This document shows positions 1-7,957 of a stretch of DNA of 64,000 nt, one piece after another. Source of the stretch: a bacterium (GTDB taxonomy: Bacteria > Patescibacteriota > Minisyncoccia > 2-02-FULL-40-12 > IGHO2-12-FULL-4); contig JAUSIQ010000031.1 of NCBI GenBank assembly GCA_030647955.1, positions 2,920 through 66,919 of the forward strand, read 5' to 3'. Each line of letters begins with the position of its first letter. The stretch's first letter is position 1. The notes under the pieces were generated by a model that was not told the origin of the DNA, did no database searches, and worked only from the letters and a program-made list of their open reading frames with translations. The position numbers and the translations under genes were made by a program.

Positions 1-44
1 AGACAAAGAAGCCATTTTTTCACCTCGACCTCCTTTTTAAGGAT

Positions 45-500
45 CTAATCTAATTTCGAGTGCCAATAGATGGCCTCTACTTTTCTTTTAGGTTTACCGT
101 TTTCTTCCCCGTAAGTCCAGTGGTGAATAATAGGGGAGCGCTCTTCAGAAGAGTTACTAACCGCTTTTTCATCTCCAATATAGAATCCGATATGATTATT
201 GGAATGAGAACCGATCAGCGATTTTTCCCACAGTAAAATCGCCCCAGGCTTCAGCTCGCTGATTTTAACCCAACCCGCAGCTTCCATGCCTTTAATTGTA
301 CTCACCACCATGGCATGCGGACCAGAAATCAATCCCTTCAGCACCAGAATCGAAGAAACAAAGGACGCGCAAGAAAGTTGACCATCTTCTAAAACATCCC
401 GTGTCGATCCTTCTACTTCCGCCCAAAAATTACGGAACATCTGCGTTCCAACACTGTTCGTAATAAGATTGAGGTAATTTTTGTAAAAAAGATTTTCCAT
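45..500 (-). CDS. NlpC/P60-like papain-fold cysteine peptidase (putative cell-wall hydrolase)
   Basis: 151-aa ORF; Cys in LSCASFVSS and His in HIGFYIGDEKAVSNS resemble the C40 catalytic Cys...His spacing; motif recall only. Confidence 0.45.
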   Translation of the reverse strand: MENLFYKNYLNLITNSVGTQMFRNFWAEVEGSTRDVLEDGQLSCASFVSSILVLKGLISGPHAMVVSTIKGMEAAGWVKISELKPGAILLWEKSLIGSHSNNHIGFYIGDEKAVSNSSEERSPIIHHWTYGEENGKPKRKVEAIYWHSKLD

Positions 501-501
501 A

Positions 502-759
502 CTAAGCCGCCAATAAGCGCATTAAAGGCACAAGATACGCCAATAGACCGAAGGGGAGAGCAACGAAAAAGAGAGCTCGAAACCATCCCACTGTTATTTT
601 TTCTGTTACCAATTCTTGGGGCAAAAAGTACTTATCAAGATTAAAGCGCGAATGATAATACTTTTGTCCAAATTTCCCGACAATAAAACCTCCGCAAACT
701 GCCACCCATACCACTAACCAAGAGTGCAGTAAAATTAAAGTGAAGATATTTTGATTCAT
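502..759 (-). CDS. small hydrophobic membrane protein, hypothetical
   Basis: 85-aa ORF with two or three hydrophobic segments; no recognisable motif. Confidence 0.3.
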   Translation of the reverse strand: MNQNIFTLILLHSWLVVWVAVCGGFIVGKFGQKYYHSRFNLDKYFLPQELVTEKITVGWFRALFFVALPFGLLAYLVPLMRLLAA

Positions 760-763
760 AGTT

Positions 764-837
764 TGGTGGACCTGCGGGGAGTCGAACCCCGGACTGAATC
801 ATGCCATGATCCCGTGTTACCGCTATACTACAGGCCC
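764..837 (-). tRNA. tRNA-Ala (anticodon GGC), CCA encoded
   Basis: Manual cloverleaf: acceptor GGGCCUG/CAGGUCC with G3:U70, anticodon stem GGAUC/GAUUC, loop AUGGCAU, T-loop UUCGACU, discriminator A then CCA. Confidence 0.8.
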
Positions 838-841
838 ATAG

Positions 842-1228
842 TTATTTTCCTCTTTTTGCATCGTAATCGTCGAGAAACGCTTGGGCTGTTACAAAATTAT
901 AATTTTCCAACAGCTCCTCGGGCAAGGCTCCGCCTCTACTGATTTGTATTACGTAATCCGCCACTTCTCCAAGCTTAAAACCATGATCTTCCGCATCCAT
1001 ATTTAGCGCTTTTAATCGCTCCTTGCGATGATTATTCCACGCCGTAATATATTGCTTCAACTCCAAAAGACTAAGCTCTCTAATTTCTTTGTCGTAGGTG
1101 GGCTCAAACTTTTGTCCCGGAATATGTTTACTTGTAGAATTGTCTAATAACTCTTTTATGTTTCGATTGAAAAATATCATAAAAATGGTAAGATGGCAAT
1201 GGTTAGTTAAGCCCTGGGCCTTGCCCAT
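842..1228 (-). CDS. hypothetical protein
   Basis: 128-aa ORF; no recognisable motif; start may be an internal Met. Confidence 0.3.
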   Translation of the reverse strand: MGKAQGLTNHCHLTIFMIFFNRNIKELLDNSTSKHIPGQKFEPTYDKEIRELSLLELKQYITAWNNHRKERLKALNMDAEDHGFKLGEVADYVIQISRGGALPEELLENYNFVTAQAFLDDYDAKRGK

Positions 1229-1239
1229 AGCAAAGCGGG

Positions 1240-1311
1240 GCCCTCGTAGTTAAATGGATATAACATCCCCGTCCTAAGGGGTCGTTGGGGGTCCGATTCC
1301 CTCCGAGGGCA
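1240..1311 (+). tRNA. tRNA-Arg (anticodon CCU), no encoded CCA
   Basis: Acceptor GCCCUCG/CGAGGGC, anticodon loop GUCCUAA. Acceptor and T-arm are nearly identical to tRNA-Arg(UCG) at 44312-44386; T-loop UCCGAUU is slightly atypical. Confidence 0.7.
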
Positions 1312-1325
1312 CAAACCATTTTATC

Positions 1326-2774
1326 ATGAAGATCCCTAAAGAAATTGAATTAATTCTCGAAGAACTTCAAGAGCATAGCTTTGAAGCTTTTATCGTGGGT
1401 GGATGCGTCCGCGATCTTTTGATGGGCAAAGCCCCGAAAGATTGGGACGTAACCACCAATGCTCGCCCCGAAGAGATCCAAAAAATATTTCCCGACAGCT
1501 TCTATGCAAACGAATTCGGCACTGTGGGTATCAAAACCGATCACGCAGAGAAAAGTCTTCAAGTGGTCGAGACCACCACTTATCGTACCGAATCCAGCTA
1601 CTCTGATCAGCGCCATCCTGATTCCATCAAATTCGCTACTACCTTAGAAGAAGACCTAAAGCGTCGCGACTTCACTATCAACGCCTTGGCCATGGACAAA
1701 GAGGGCAAGGTCATTGATTTGTTTTCCGGACAAGAAGACTTGAAAAAAAAGATTATTCGCGCCGTGGGCGATCCCCAGGAAAGATTTTCCGAGGACGCTC
1801 TGCGCATGATTCGCGCCATCCGCTTTGCCACGGTATTGGAATTTGAGATCGAAGCGGCCACTCTCGAAGCTATCAAAAAAAACGCAGGATTGATGGAAAA
1901 AATTTCCCAAGAGCGAATTCGTGACGAACTTGTTAAAACCATCTCCGCCGACCAGGCCAGTAGGGGAGTAGAGTTGTTACGCGAGACCAACCTTATGCCC
2001 TTCGTTATTCCCGAGCTTTTAGAAGGCGTTGATGTCGGACAGAACCTCCACCATATTTATACCGTATGGGAGCACAACGTGCGTGCTTTGCAGTATGCCG
2101 CCGACAAGCAATATTCCGTCGCCGTGCGCCTGGCTTCGTTATTGCACGATGTTGGCAAGCCCCGTTCCAAGAGAGGAGAGGGTAAGTACTCTACTTTTTA
2201 CGGACACGATATGATCGGCGCCAAAATGAGCATCAAGATTTTAGCGCGCCTGAAATTTTCCAAAGATCTCTCTGAAAAAATTACCAAACTGGTGCGTTGG
2301 CATCTCTTCTATTATAACGTGGGGGAAGTGACCGAAAGTTCGGTGCGCCGCTTGGTAGCCAATATCGGCAAAGAGAACGTTGAAGACCTCGTTAAAGTAC
2401 GGGAGGCGGACCGGATCGGCTCCGGCACACCCAAAGCCCATCCCTACAAACTTCGCCACCTCCAGTTTATGATCGACAAAGTAGCCCGCGACCCTATCTC
2501 TCCCAAAATGCTAAAGCTGAACGGTAATGAGCTCATGACCCTCTTGGGCTTGCCACCCGGCCCAAAAATTGGGATGATTTTAGCTGCCCTAATGGAAGAG
2601 GTTTTGGACGATCCCGCCAAGAATACTAGAGAGTTCCTGGAAAATCGTAGTCGAGAGTTATCAACCTTATCGGAAAAGGAGTTAACGGATTTGGCCCAAA
2701 AGGGTAAAAGTAAGTTGGCGGAGGAAGAAGAAAAAGCCATTAAGAAAATCAAACAGAAACATTACGTTGAGTAA
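1326..2774 (+). CDS. cca: CCA-adding tRNA nucleotidyltransferase with C-terminal HD domain
   Basis: N-terminal GGCVRDLLMG...DWDVTT pol-beta nucleotidyltransferase head; HD motif LLHDVGKP; 482 aa. It sits beside tRNAs that lack an encoded CCA. Confidence 0.85.
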   Translation: MKIPKEIELILEELQEHSFEAFIVGGCVRDLLMGKAPKDWDVTTNARPEEIQKIFPDSFYANEFGTVGIKTDHAEKSLQVVETTTYRTESSYSDQRHPDSIKFATTLEEDLKRRDFTINALAMDKEGKVIDLFSGQEDLKKKIIRAVGDPQERFSEDALRMIRAIRFATVLEFEIEAATLEAIKKNAGLMEKISQERIRDELVKTISADQASRGVELLRETNLMPFVIPELLEGVDVGQNLHHIYTVWEHNVRALQYAADKQYSVAVRLASLLHDVGKPRSKRGEGKYSTFYGHDMIGAKMSIKILARLKFSKDLSEKITKLVRWHLFYYNVGEVTESSVRRLVANIGKENVEDLVKVREADRIGSGTPKAHPYKLRHLQFMIDKVARDPISPKMLKLNGNELMTLLGLPPGPKIGMILAALMEEVLDDPAKNTREFLENRSRELSTLSEKELTDLAQKGKSKLAEEEEKAIKKIKQKHYVE

Positions 2775-2832
2775 CTCGCCTCTGCGAGCTGCCGGGCTTC
2801 GCCCGTCGTAGCTTCGTCACTGCGAGCGAAGA

Positions 2833-2904
2833 CGGGGTATAGTGTAGCGGCAACACGGGTCGTTCGGGTCGATCAGACGCTGGGTTCGACTCCCAGTACC
2901 CCGA
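2833..2904 (+). tRNA. tRNA-Pro (anticodon CGG), no encoded CCA
   Basis: Acceptor CGGGGUA/UACCCCG, anticodon stem GGUCG/CGAUC, loop UUCGGGU, T-arm CUGGG-UUCGACU-CCCAG, discriminator A. Confidence 0.8.
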
Positions 2905-3210
2905 CTGAATGAAATGAAGGAGGAGTACAGCAAGCCAACAATTTGGCTTGCGTTGGGAGGAGAAGGGCAAGTCTATGTTTTTTTCAAAAACAGACTTGCC
3001 CCGGCCCGCAGGGGACCCCAGTACCCCGACATATATAAAAGAAAGGACCTTCATAGGCCCTTTCTTTTATATTAGTGAAGCTGGGAGTCGAAGGGTATCG
3101 AGAAAAAGTAAACAGTTTTACTTTTTTGAGAACCCCGGCCCTGGGGGAGAAAATTTCGATGTGCAGCAGGCACCAGAAATTTTCGGAGGAAGGGGACTCC
3201 CAGTACCTCC
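2905..3210 (+). repeat. tRNA-Pro-linked insert with two reiterated copies of the tRNA 3' end and a conserved ~125-nt structured module (3085-3210)
   Basis: CCCAGTACCCCGAC (tRNA 2892-2905) recurs at 3017-3030. GACTCCCAGTACC (2888-2900) recurs at 3195-3207. The module 3085-3210 is about 85% identical to 5643-5772 and contains hairpins GAAAAAGTAAAC/GTTTTACTTTTTT and GAAAATTTCGAT/ACCAGAAATTTTC. Confidence 0.6.
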
Positions 3211-3345
3211 CCAAATTCCCTATATTCCATACCCCATTTTTTGTTCATAAGACGCGTTTATAATTTAATTAAAAAAGCCACAGCCTAACCCAAGAAAAAA
3301 GGTAATTAGTACAGAAAGCCCTCATATTGACTTTTTGCTCAAAAA

Positions 3346-4623
3346 GTGCTAGAATATAAGGATCCGTTAATGCCCAGATACCCCTCTATGAAACGACTAC
3401 TTGCATTTGTTTTAATGCTCCTAATTATATCCCTTTCCGGGGCTGTTTCGGTTAGTGCGGCTCCTGCGCCGGCCAGCGTTGACATAGAGAATTATGGCTT
3501 TCGCAGCCAAGGAGTACTCTTTCAGAACTTGGATGTTCGCAATGGAAACCAGGTGGAAGTTGTGGTGAGCCTAAGAAATAACTCTTCTAATACTGCTCAG
3601 GGGGTGCGTTTAAATGTTTATCTTCATTACTCCATGCGAGAAGTCCAGGGAAGCGTTAAAATAAACGGCCTACTGGCCAGTGGAAGTGCTACTACCGGAA
3701 TTATAGTAGGAAGCATGGCGGCAGGGGAGAAGAAGGAAATCTCCTTTAAAGCTACCCCGGGCGGAAGCATGGAAGGCGACACTGAAATTCAAGCCCAGGT
3801 ATCCGGCAGTAATATCGGAACAATAACAAAGTTCGCTTTTATTAATGTTCTGCCTCGAACCACTCTTCCTACTCCTACACCTATTACCACTCCAGCCCCT
3901 ACTCCGAATCCCACACCGGTCTATACTCCTACGCCAACACCAGTTTTCACACGTACACCAGCTCCCACTCCGAAGATAACCTCTAAAACTCCGACACCTA
4001 CTCCTATAACCCAAACTCCCACTCCGACCCCAACCGGCACTGTTTATATTTACGGAGACAGAGTGAGCATGAGCGTCATCCAAGTAGGACGCAATATTAC
4101 CGAAGAACAACAGGTGCCTACCAAAGAAATTACCGCTCGCCCCGGAGATGAGTTGGAGTTTTCTATTCAACTGACCTCTAATAGCGATCAGGTGATCAAA
4201 AATATCGTCATCACCGACCGTTTACCGGATCAAGTAGATTACATCTACAACACTACCCGCATGAACGATCAAACTATTAATGATGACGTGGTCCGTGGCG
4301 GCTTTATTTATGGAGACTTGCAGCCGCGCGAGATTAAAAGCATCACATATCGTGTCCGCATTTTGCCTGATCCCCAGTTTGAGAAAGGGGAAGTAGAACT
4401 GCAGAACATCGTAGAGATTATTTCCGACAATGCCACTACCGCTAAAGACACGACCAAGATCTTCGTTAAGGAAAAGCAGTCTAGATTATTGAGCGGATTG
4501 CTATCGCCTTCCGGTTTGGGACTTTATCTTGTCATCTTTATGGCCGCACTAGTGACCCTCTTCCTAACCTTCTGGGTACAGGAACGAAAAAAGACCCGAA
4601 CCCTTCTTGCCACTCAGAGCTAA
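3346..4623 (+). CDS. secreted cell-surface protein with PT-rich linker and C-terminal membrane anchor
   Basis: Signal peptide MKRLLAFVLMLLIISLSGAVSVSAAPAP (likely start at 3388); TPTPT repeat linker; C-terminal LSPSG + hydrophobic stretch + ERKKTR tail. Confidence 0.65.
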   Translation: MLEYKDPLMPRYPSMKRLLAFVLMLLIISLSGAVSVSAAPAPASVDIENYGFRSQGVLFQNLDVRNGNQVEVVVSLRNNSSNTAQGVRLNVYLHYSMREVQGSVKINGLLASGSATTGIIVGSMAAGEKKEISFKATPGGSMEGDTEIQAQVSGSNIGTITKFAFINVLPRTTLPTPTPITTPAPTPNPTPVYTPTPTPVFTRTPAPTPKITSKTPTPTPITQTPTPTPTGTVYIYGDRVSMSVIQVGRNITEEQQVPTKEITARPGDELEFSIQLTSNSDQVIKNIVITDRLPDQVDYIYNTTRMNDQTINDDVVRGGFIYGDLQPREIKSITYRVRILPDPQFEKGEVELQNIVEIISDNATTAKDTTKIFVKEKQSRLLSGLLSPSGLGLYLVIFMAALVTLFLTFWVQERKKTRTLLATQS

Positions 4624-4626
4624 TTT

Positions 4627-4648
4627 AAAAACCCCGTACGGGGTTTTT
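4627..4648 (+). terminator. rho-independent terminator
   Basis: AAAAACCCCGTACGGGGTTTTT hairpin immediately after the stop codon at 4623. Confidence 0.7.
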
Positions 4649-4659
4649 AAATTATAATT

Positions 4660-4733
4660 GATCCCGTTAGAGAAAAGCCGCCCCAAGGCGGCTGAAGCCA
4701 CTCGCCTGCGGCGAGAGCGTTCTCTAACGGGAT
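4660..4733. repeat. hairpin element with 13-bp terminal inverted repeats GATCCCGTTAGAG / CTCTAACGGGAT (family copy 1)
   Basis: Termini at 4660-4672 and 4722-4733. The GC-rich core holds nested hairpins GCCGCC-CCAA-GGCGGC and CTCGCC-TGC-GGCGAG. The same termini recur at 40433-40506. Confidence 0.6.
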
Positions 4734-4792
4734 TGACACTCCTACTCAATAAAGTACGATCAGCTTATCGATCTTTCACAACAGGAGTGGAT

Positions 4793-5458
4793 GTGCCCAG
4801 ACGACATCTAAAAAATTGTCAGTTAGGAATTTTTGATTGGAACGGAACGTTAGTCGATGATCTGCCTTTAGTACTGGAAAGCGTTGCGCGCATCTTTAAA
4901 CATTTTAAGACACCAATTCCCCACGATCTCGCCACAAAATATCGTGAGCAGATTACCGCCAATTTCTCTAAATTCTATCATCATCACGGTATACCATCAC
5001 ATATTACCGCTGAAGAAATGAACGCCCAAAGAGTAAAGTTTTTTAAGAAGTATCGCAGTTGCACTCGTCTTCGAGCTCACGCAAAACAAGTTCTCACATT
5101 CTGCAAAGCTCTCGGCTCAGTGCAAATTGGTATTGTTAGTGCAGAAGTTAATGAATTATTAAGAAAGGGCCTGCGTGATCTCGAGATAGAGGAGTACTTT
5201 GACTTTGTCTGGGCCGACACCCGAGATAAAACTGCTGCCCTGGAAGATGCCTGCGATGCGTTTGAAGTTCATCCCTCCAGAACATTTTATGTCGACGACA
5301 CCTGCGAAGGTGTTCGAGCCTCGGCCGCCACCGGTGTTATTCCAGTAGCACTCGTGACTCCCACCAGCTACGCCCCCGAAGCACTCCTAAGAGAGGAGGC
5401 TCGAGCCAAGAAGGCGATTATTATCACCGATCTTGCTCAGATTAAGCAGTTAATTTAA
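4793..5458 (+). CDS. HAD-superfamily hydrolase (phosphatase-like)
   Basis: Motif I IFDWNGTLVDD near the N-terminus. The 4658 ATG in the ORF track lies inside the upstream hairpin element, so the real start is probably GTG 4793, preceded by AGGAG at 4782-4786. Confidence 0.55.
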   Translation: MPRRHLKNCQLGIFDWNGTLVDDLPLVLESVARIFKHFKTPIPHDLATKYREQITANFSKFYHHHGIPSHITAEEMNAQRVKFFKKYRSCTRLRAHAKQVLTFCKALGSVQIGIVSAEVNELLRKGLRDLEIEEYFDFVWADTRDKTAALEDACDAFEVHPSRTFYVDDTCEGVRASAATGVIPVALVTPTSYAPEALLREEARAKKAIIITDLAQIKQLI

Positions 5459-5476
5459 AACCCGTTCGGGTTTTTT
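5457..5476 (+). terminator. rho-independent terminator
   Basis: AAAACCCGTTCGGGTTTTTT. Confidence 0.65.
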
Positions 5477-5510
5477 CTTTTTTAGGGGCTGTGCTAGGAT
5501 GTACCCAAAC

Positions 5511-5581
5511 GGGCTCGTAGTTCAGTGGTAAAACGCCGCATTCGCATTGCGGAGGCGCGGGTTCGATTCCCGCCGAGTCCA
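5511..5581 (+). tRNA. tRNA-Ala (anticodon CGC), no encoded CCA
   Basis: Acceptor GGGCUCG/CGAGUCC with G3:U70, anticodon stem CCGCA/UGCGG, loop UUCGCAU, T-arm GCGGG-UUCGAUU-CCCGC. Confidence 0.8.
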
Positions 5582-5772
5582 CAAATGAAACTTCGGGATC
5601 ACTTTCTGAAGTGGTCTAGAGGTTTCATGCTGTACCCGCCGAGAATCGAAGGGTATTGAGAAAAAGTGAACAGTTTCACTTTTTCGAGAACCCGGGCTCT
5701 GGAGGAGAAAATTTCGATATGCCAAAGGTATCAGAAATTTTCGGAGGAAGAGGATTCCCGCCGAGTCCACCA
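5582..5772 (+). repeat. tRNA-Ala-linked insert: partial copy of tRNA 3' end (5634-5642), conserved ~125-nt module (5643-5752), then a 20-nt copy of the tRNA 3' end with CCA (5753-5772)
   Basis: GATTCCCGCCGAGTCCA of tRNA 5565-5581 is repeated as GATTCCCGCCGAGTCCACCA at 5753-5772. The module is homologous to 3085-3210 and carries hairpins GAAAAAGTGAAC/GTTTCACTTTTTC and GAAAATTTCGAT/ATCAGAAATTTTC. Confidence 0.6.
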
Positions 5773-5830
5773 ATACAAATGATTCGAGCTTGGTACAATA
5801 AACACACTTAATATTATTAATTCCGCCATT

Positions 5831-7843
5831 TTGTATCCCAATAAATTTAAAATTTTAGGAGCAGGCGTAATAGTAGCCCCTCTCCTCGTCCTTATACTAG
5901 GAAGCCACGCGGACTTTGCCTTAACAGCTCCAGCTTCAGGCTTCCCTGGCGGCTTTGTAGAAAAATCAAATTCCATCCAAACCCGACCCATTTTAAAAAC
6001 AACTGCTCAACTAAGCTTTGTGCCTAGTGGTCGCGGTGGCTTTACCTTTCCTGCTCCTTACAATACCCGAGGTTCCCGCATTACGATACCTGCCGACGGT
6101 ACAGTTTATCCAGTAGGGTATTCTTACTGGCGGGTTATGAATAACCACGTTGGTTCCAACACCATGTACATAGCCATAGGTACCACAAGTGGCCCGATCC
6201 TCTTTAGTTACGACAAAACAACTGAGGCCGTTCAAAGTCTTGGTGCCATGACCTTCGCAGGGAACACAGAAGGGATGTACTTTAGCGCGACACAACCTAA
6301 TAGATTATATTCCTTTACTGGCACCCGTCTCCTGGCCTACGATGTCGTATCAAGGACAACTCAAACGGTTTTTGATATCGCCAGTAACACTGCTCTTTAT
6401 GGAAGTAATCGTTATCTCTGGCAAGTCCATTCCAGCAACAATGATGATGTCCATTCCGCTACCGTGAGAGACGGTGCAACCTACAATATGCTCGGTTGTA
6501 TGGCCTACAAGGTCAGCACCAATCAATGGTTCTGGTATCCACGAATAGGGGATTTTGATGAATGCCAAATTGACAAAGGTGGTCGTTGGCTAGTCATTAA
6601 AGAAAATGTCGATGCGCTATACGACGTAGATAATCGCTTCATTGACCTGACCACAGGAATTGAAAAACGCATCCTAGATCAAAACGGGGCTGTTGGTCAC
6701 TCTGACAATGGTTTTAATTACACTATTGGCGCTGATAACTGGGATAATGATTCATTTAGCACCAAAGTGTGGCAATTTGCAACTAATCCTCTTACCGGAC
6801 TGGAAGTATACAAAGCTGCAAATTGGTCTGCTGGTGGCCCCCAACACATCAGTCATACCAACGCTACATCTGCTGACTCAAACATCCAATATGCCTGCGG
6901 GAGCGGTGCTGATTCAGGCAGTGATCCTCATGGCAATGAACTGCTGTGCTTCAAGTTGGACGGTTCTTTAGATACCCTCATCATTGCTCCAATCATGACT
7001 AACCTGGCTGCAGCTGGAGGGGGAGACTCCTATGGTAAACAGCCTAAAGCCAATCTTGATGTCACCGGACAATACGCTCTTTGGACAGCAAATTTAGATA
7101 GTGGTCGATTAGATGTTATCCTGGCTAAGATTCCGTCCCAGGTGCTGATGGGATTCGGACCTACCCCAACCCCTACCCTCACACTAACTCCTGTTCTCGG
7201 TGTCACTCCTACCCCGACGCCAGTACCGAGCACACCTCCTACACCCGTACCCACCCCTATTCCGAACGTCAACCTCCCTCCTGTTCAGCCGAAGCTGGAT
7301 AATATCCCTTCCTCTACGGATTATATCCCCCCATCGACCGATAACCGTTCCACTAAGGTAGTGAGGAGGCCCCCTGCAAGGTTAACTGATTTTAATTTGA
7401 AGGAAGGGGACGTGGTTTCAGCAGTTGGGTCAGCTGATCCCGATATTTATATTGTGAATGAGCATGGGTATAGGCGGCTATTCCTTAATCCAGTTATCTT
7501 TAGCTTCTATGGTCATCTGGGAGGATTCCACGCAGTTAAATCCATTAGTCCAAATATCCGTGATGCGTTCCCGGCTACGCAGTTTTTCAGAAATTGTGAA
7601 ACGAACGATCCTAAAATCTATGCTCTTGAGGTAACCGGAGAAGACACGGGCATTCTCCATCATATAAATATGACTGGGGATCAGGCGGCCGCAGAAGATG
7701 CTGATTTTTTCTCACAGGTATTCTGTATTAACACTCGAGAGTTTAGCTGGTATGCTTTGGGCGATGCTTATAGCGCCCTATCCCAAGTACCGACGTATGA
7801 GAGAACTCAGGCCATTTCCCAACCAAGTCAATCCACTCCTTAG
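5831..7843 (+). CDS. large secreted protein with PT-rich linker, hypothetical
   Basis: 670 aa; N-terminal signal/TM MYPNKFKILGAGVIVAPLLVLILGSHA; PTPTPTLTLTPV...TPTPTPVPSTPPTPVPTPIP linker; no catalytic motif recognised. Confidence 0.6.
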   Translation: MYPNKFKILGAGVIVAPLLVLILGSHADFALTAPASGFPGGFVEKSNSIQTRPILKTTAQLSFVPSGRGGFTFPAPYNTRGSRITIPADGTVYPVGYSYWRVMNNHVGSNTMYIAIGTTSGPILFSYDKTTEAVQSLGAMTFAGNTEGMYFSATQPNRLYSFTGTRLLAYDVVSRTTQTVFDIASNTALYGSNRYLWQVHSSNNDDVHSATVRDGATYNMLGCMAYKVSTNQWFWYPRIGDFDECQIDKGGRWLVIKENVDALYDVDNRFIDLTTGIEKRILDQNGAVGHSDNGFNYTIGADNWDNDSFSTKVWQFATNPLTGLEVYKAANWSAGGPQHISHTNATSADSNIQYACGSGADSGSDPHGNELLCFKLDGSLDTLIIAPIMTNLAAAGGGDSYGKQPKANLDVTGQYALWTANLDSGRLDVILAKIPSQVLMGFGPTPTPTLTLTPVLGVTPTPTPVPSTPPTPVPTPIPNVNLPPVQPKLDNIPSSTDYIPPSTDNRSTKVVRRPPARLTDFNLKEGDVVSAVGSADPDIYIVNEHGYRRLFLNPVIFSFYGHLGGFHAVKSISPNIRDAFPATQFFRNCETNDPKIYALEVTGEDTGILHHINMTGDQAAAEDADFFSQVFCINTREFSWYALGDAYSALSQVPTYERTQAISQPSQSTP

Positions 7844-7957
7844 CCCACTCCTTCTGTTAAACCAACTTCCTTCTTGTTGTTCGGACATATTTCTTTTAAA
7901 ATTATTTTAATATATTCCAACTCCTACTATATTTTTTGTAAGTAGCAAGCAAGAGTT

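Noticed and set aside
751-942. 63-aa + strand ORF
   Set aside because: Lies across tRNA-Ala(GGC) on the opposite strand; typical tRNA-overlap artefact.
1350-2752. Multiple 60-130-aa ORFs on both strands inside cca (1350..1616 -, 1403..1606 +, 1607..1990 -, 2241..2459 -, 2444..2752 -)
   Set aside because: Nested within or antisense to a well-supported 482-aa gene; no motifs.
2749-3263. Short ORFs 2749..3054 -, 2948..3250 +, 2984..3214 -, 3075..3263 +
   Set aside because: Overlap tRNA-Pro and the structured repeat module; conserved hairpins and reiterated tRNA ends indicate non-coding sequence.
2775-3345. Possible group I intron or rRNA fragment behind tRNA-Pro
   Set aside because: No conserved P/Q/R/S intron elements or rRNA-like stretches recognised. 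Homology to the tRNA-Ala insert and tRNA-end reiterations point to a repeat element instead.
3670-4170. 166-aa antisense ORF rich in Arg/Ser/Gly
   Set aside because: Reverse complement of the PT-repeat linker of the surface protein; low-complexity artefact.
5522-5991. ORFs 5522..5773 - and 5731..5991 -
   Set aside because: Overlap tRNA-Ala(CGC) and its insert, and run antisense into the 5831 gene start; no support.
7030-7272. 80-aa Gly/Val-rich antisense ORF
   Set aside because: Antisense to the PT linker of the 670-aa secreted protein.
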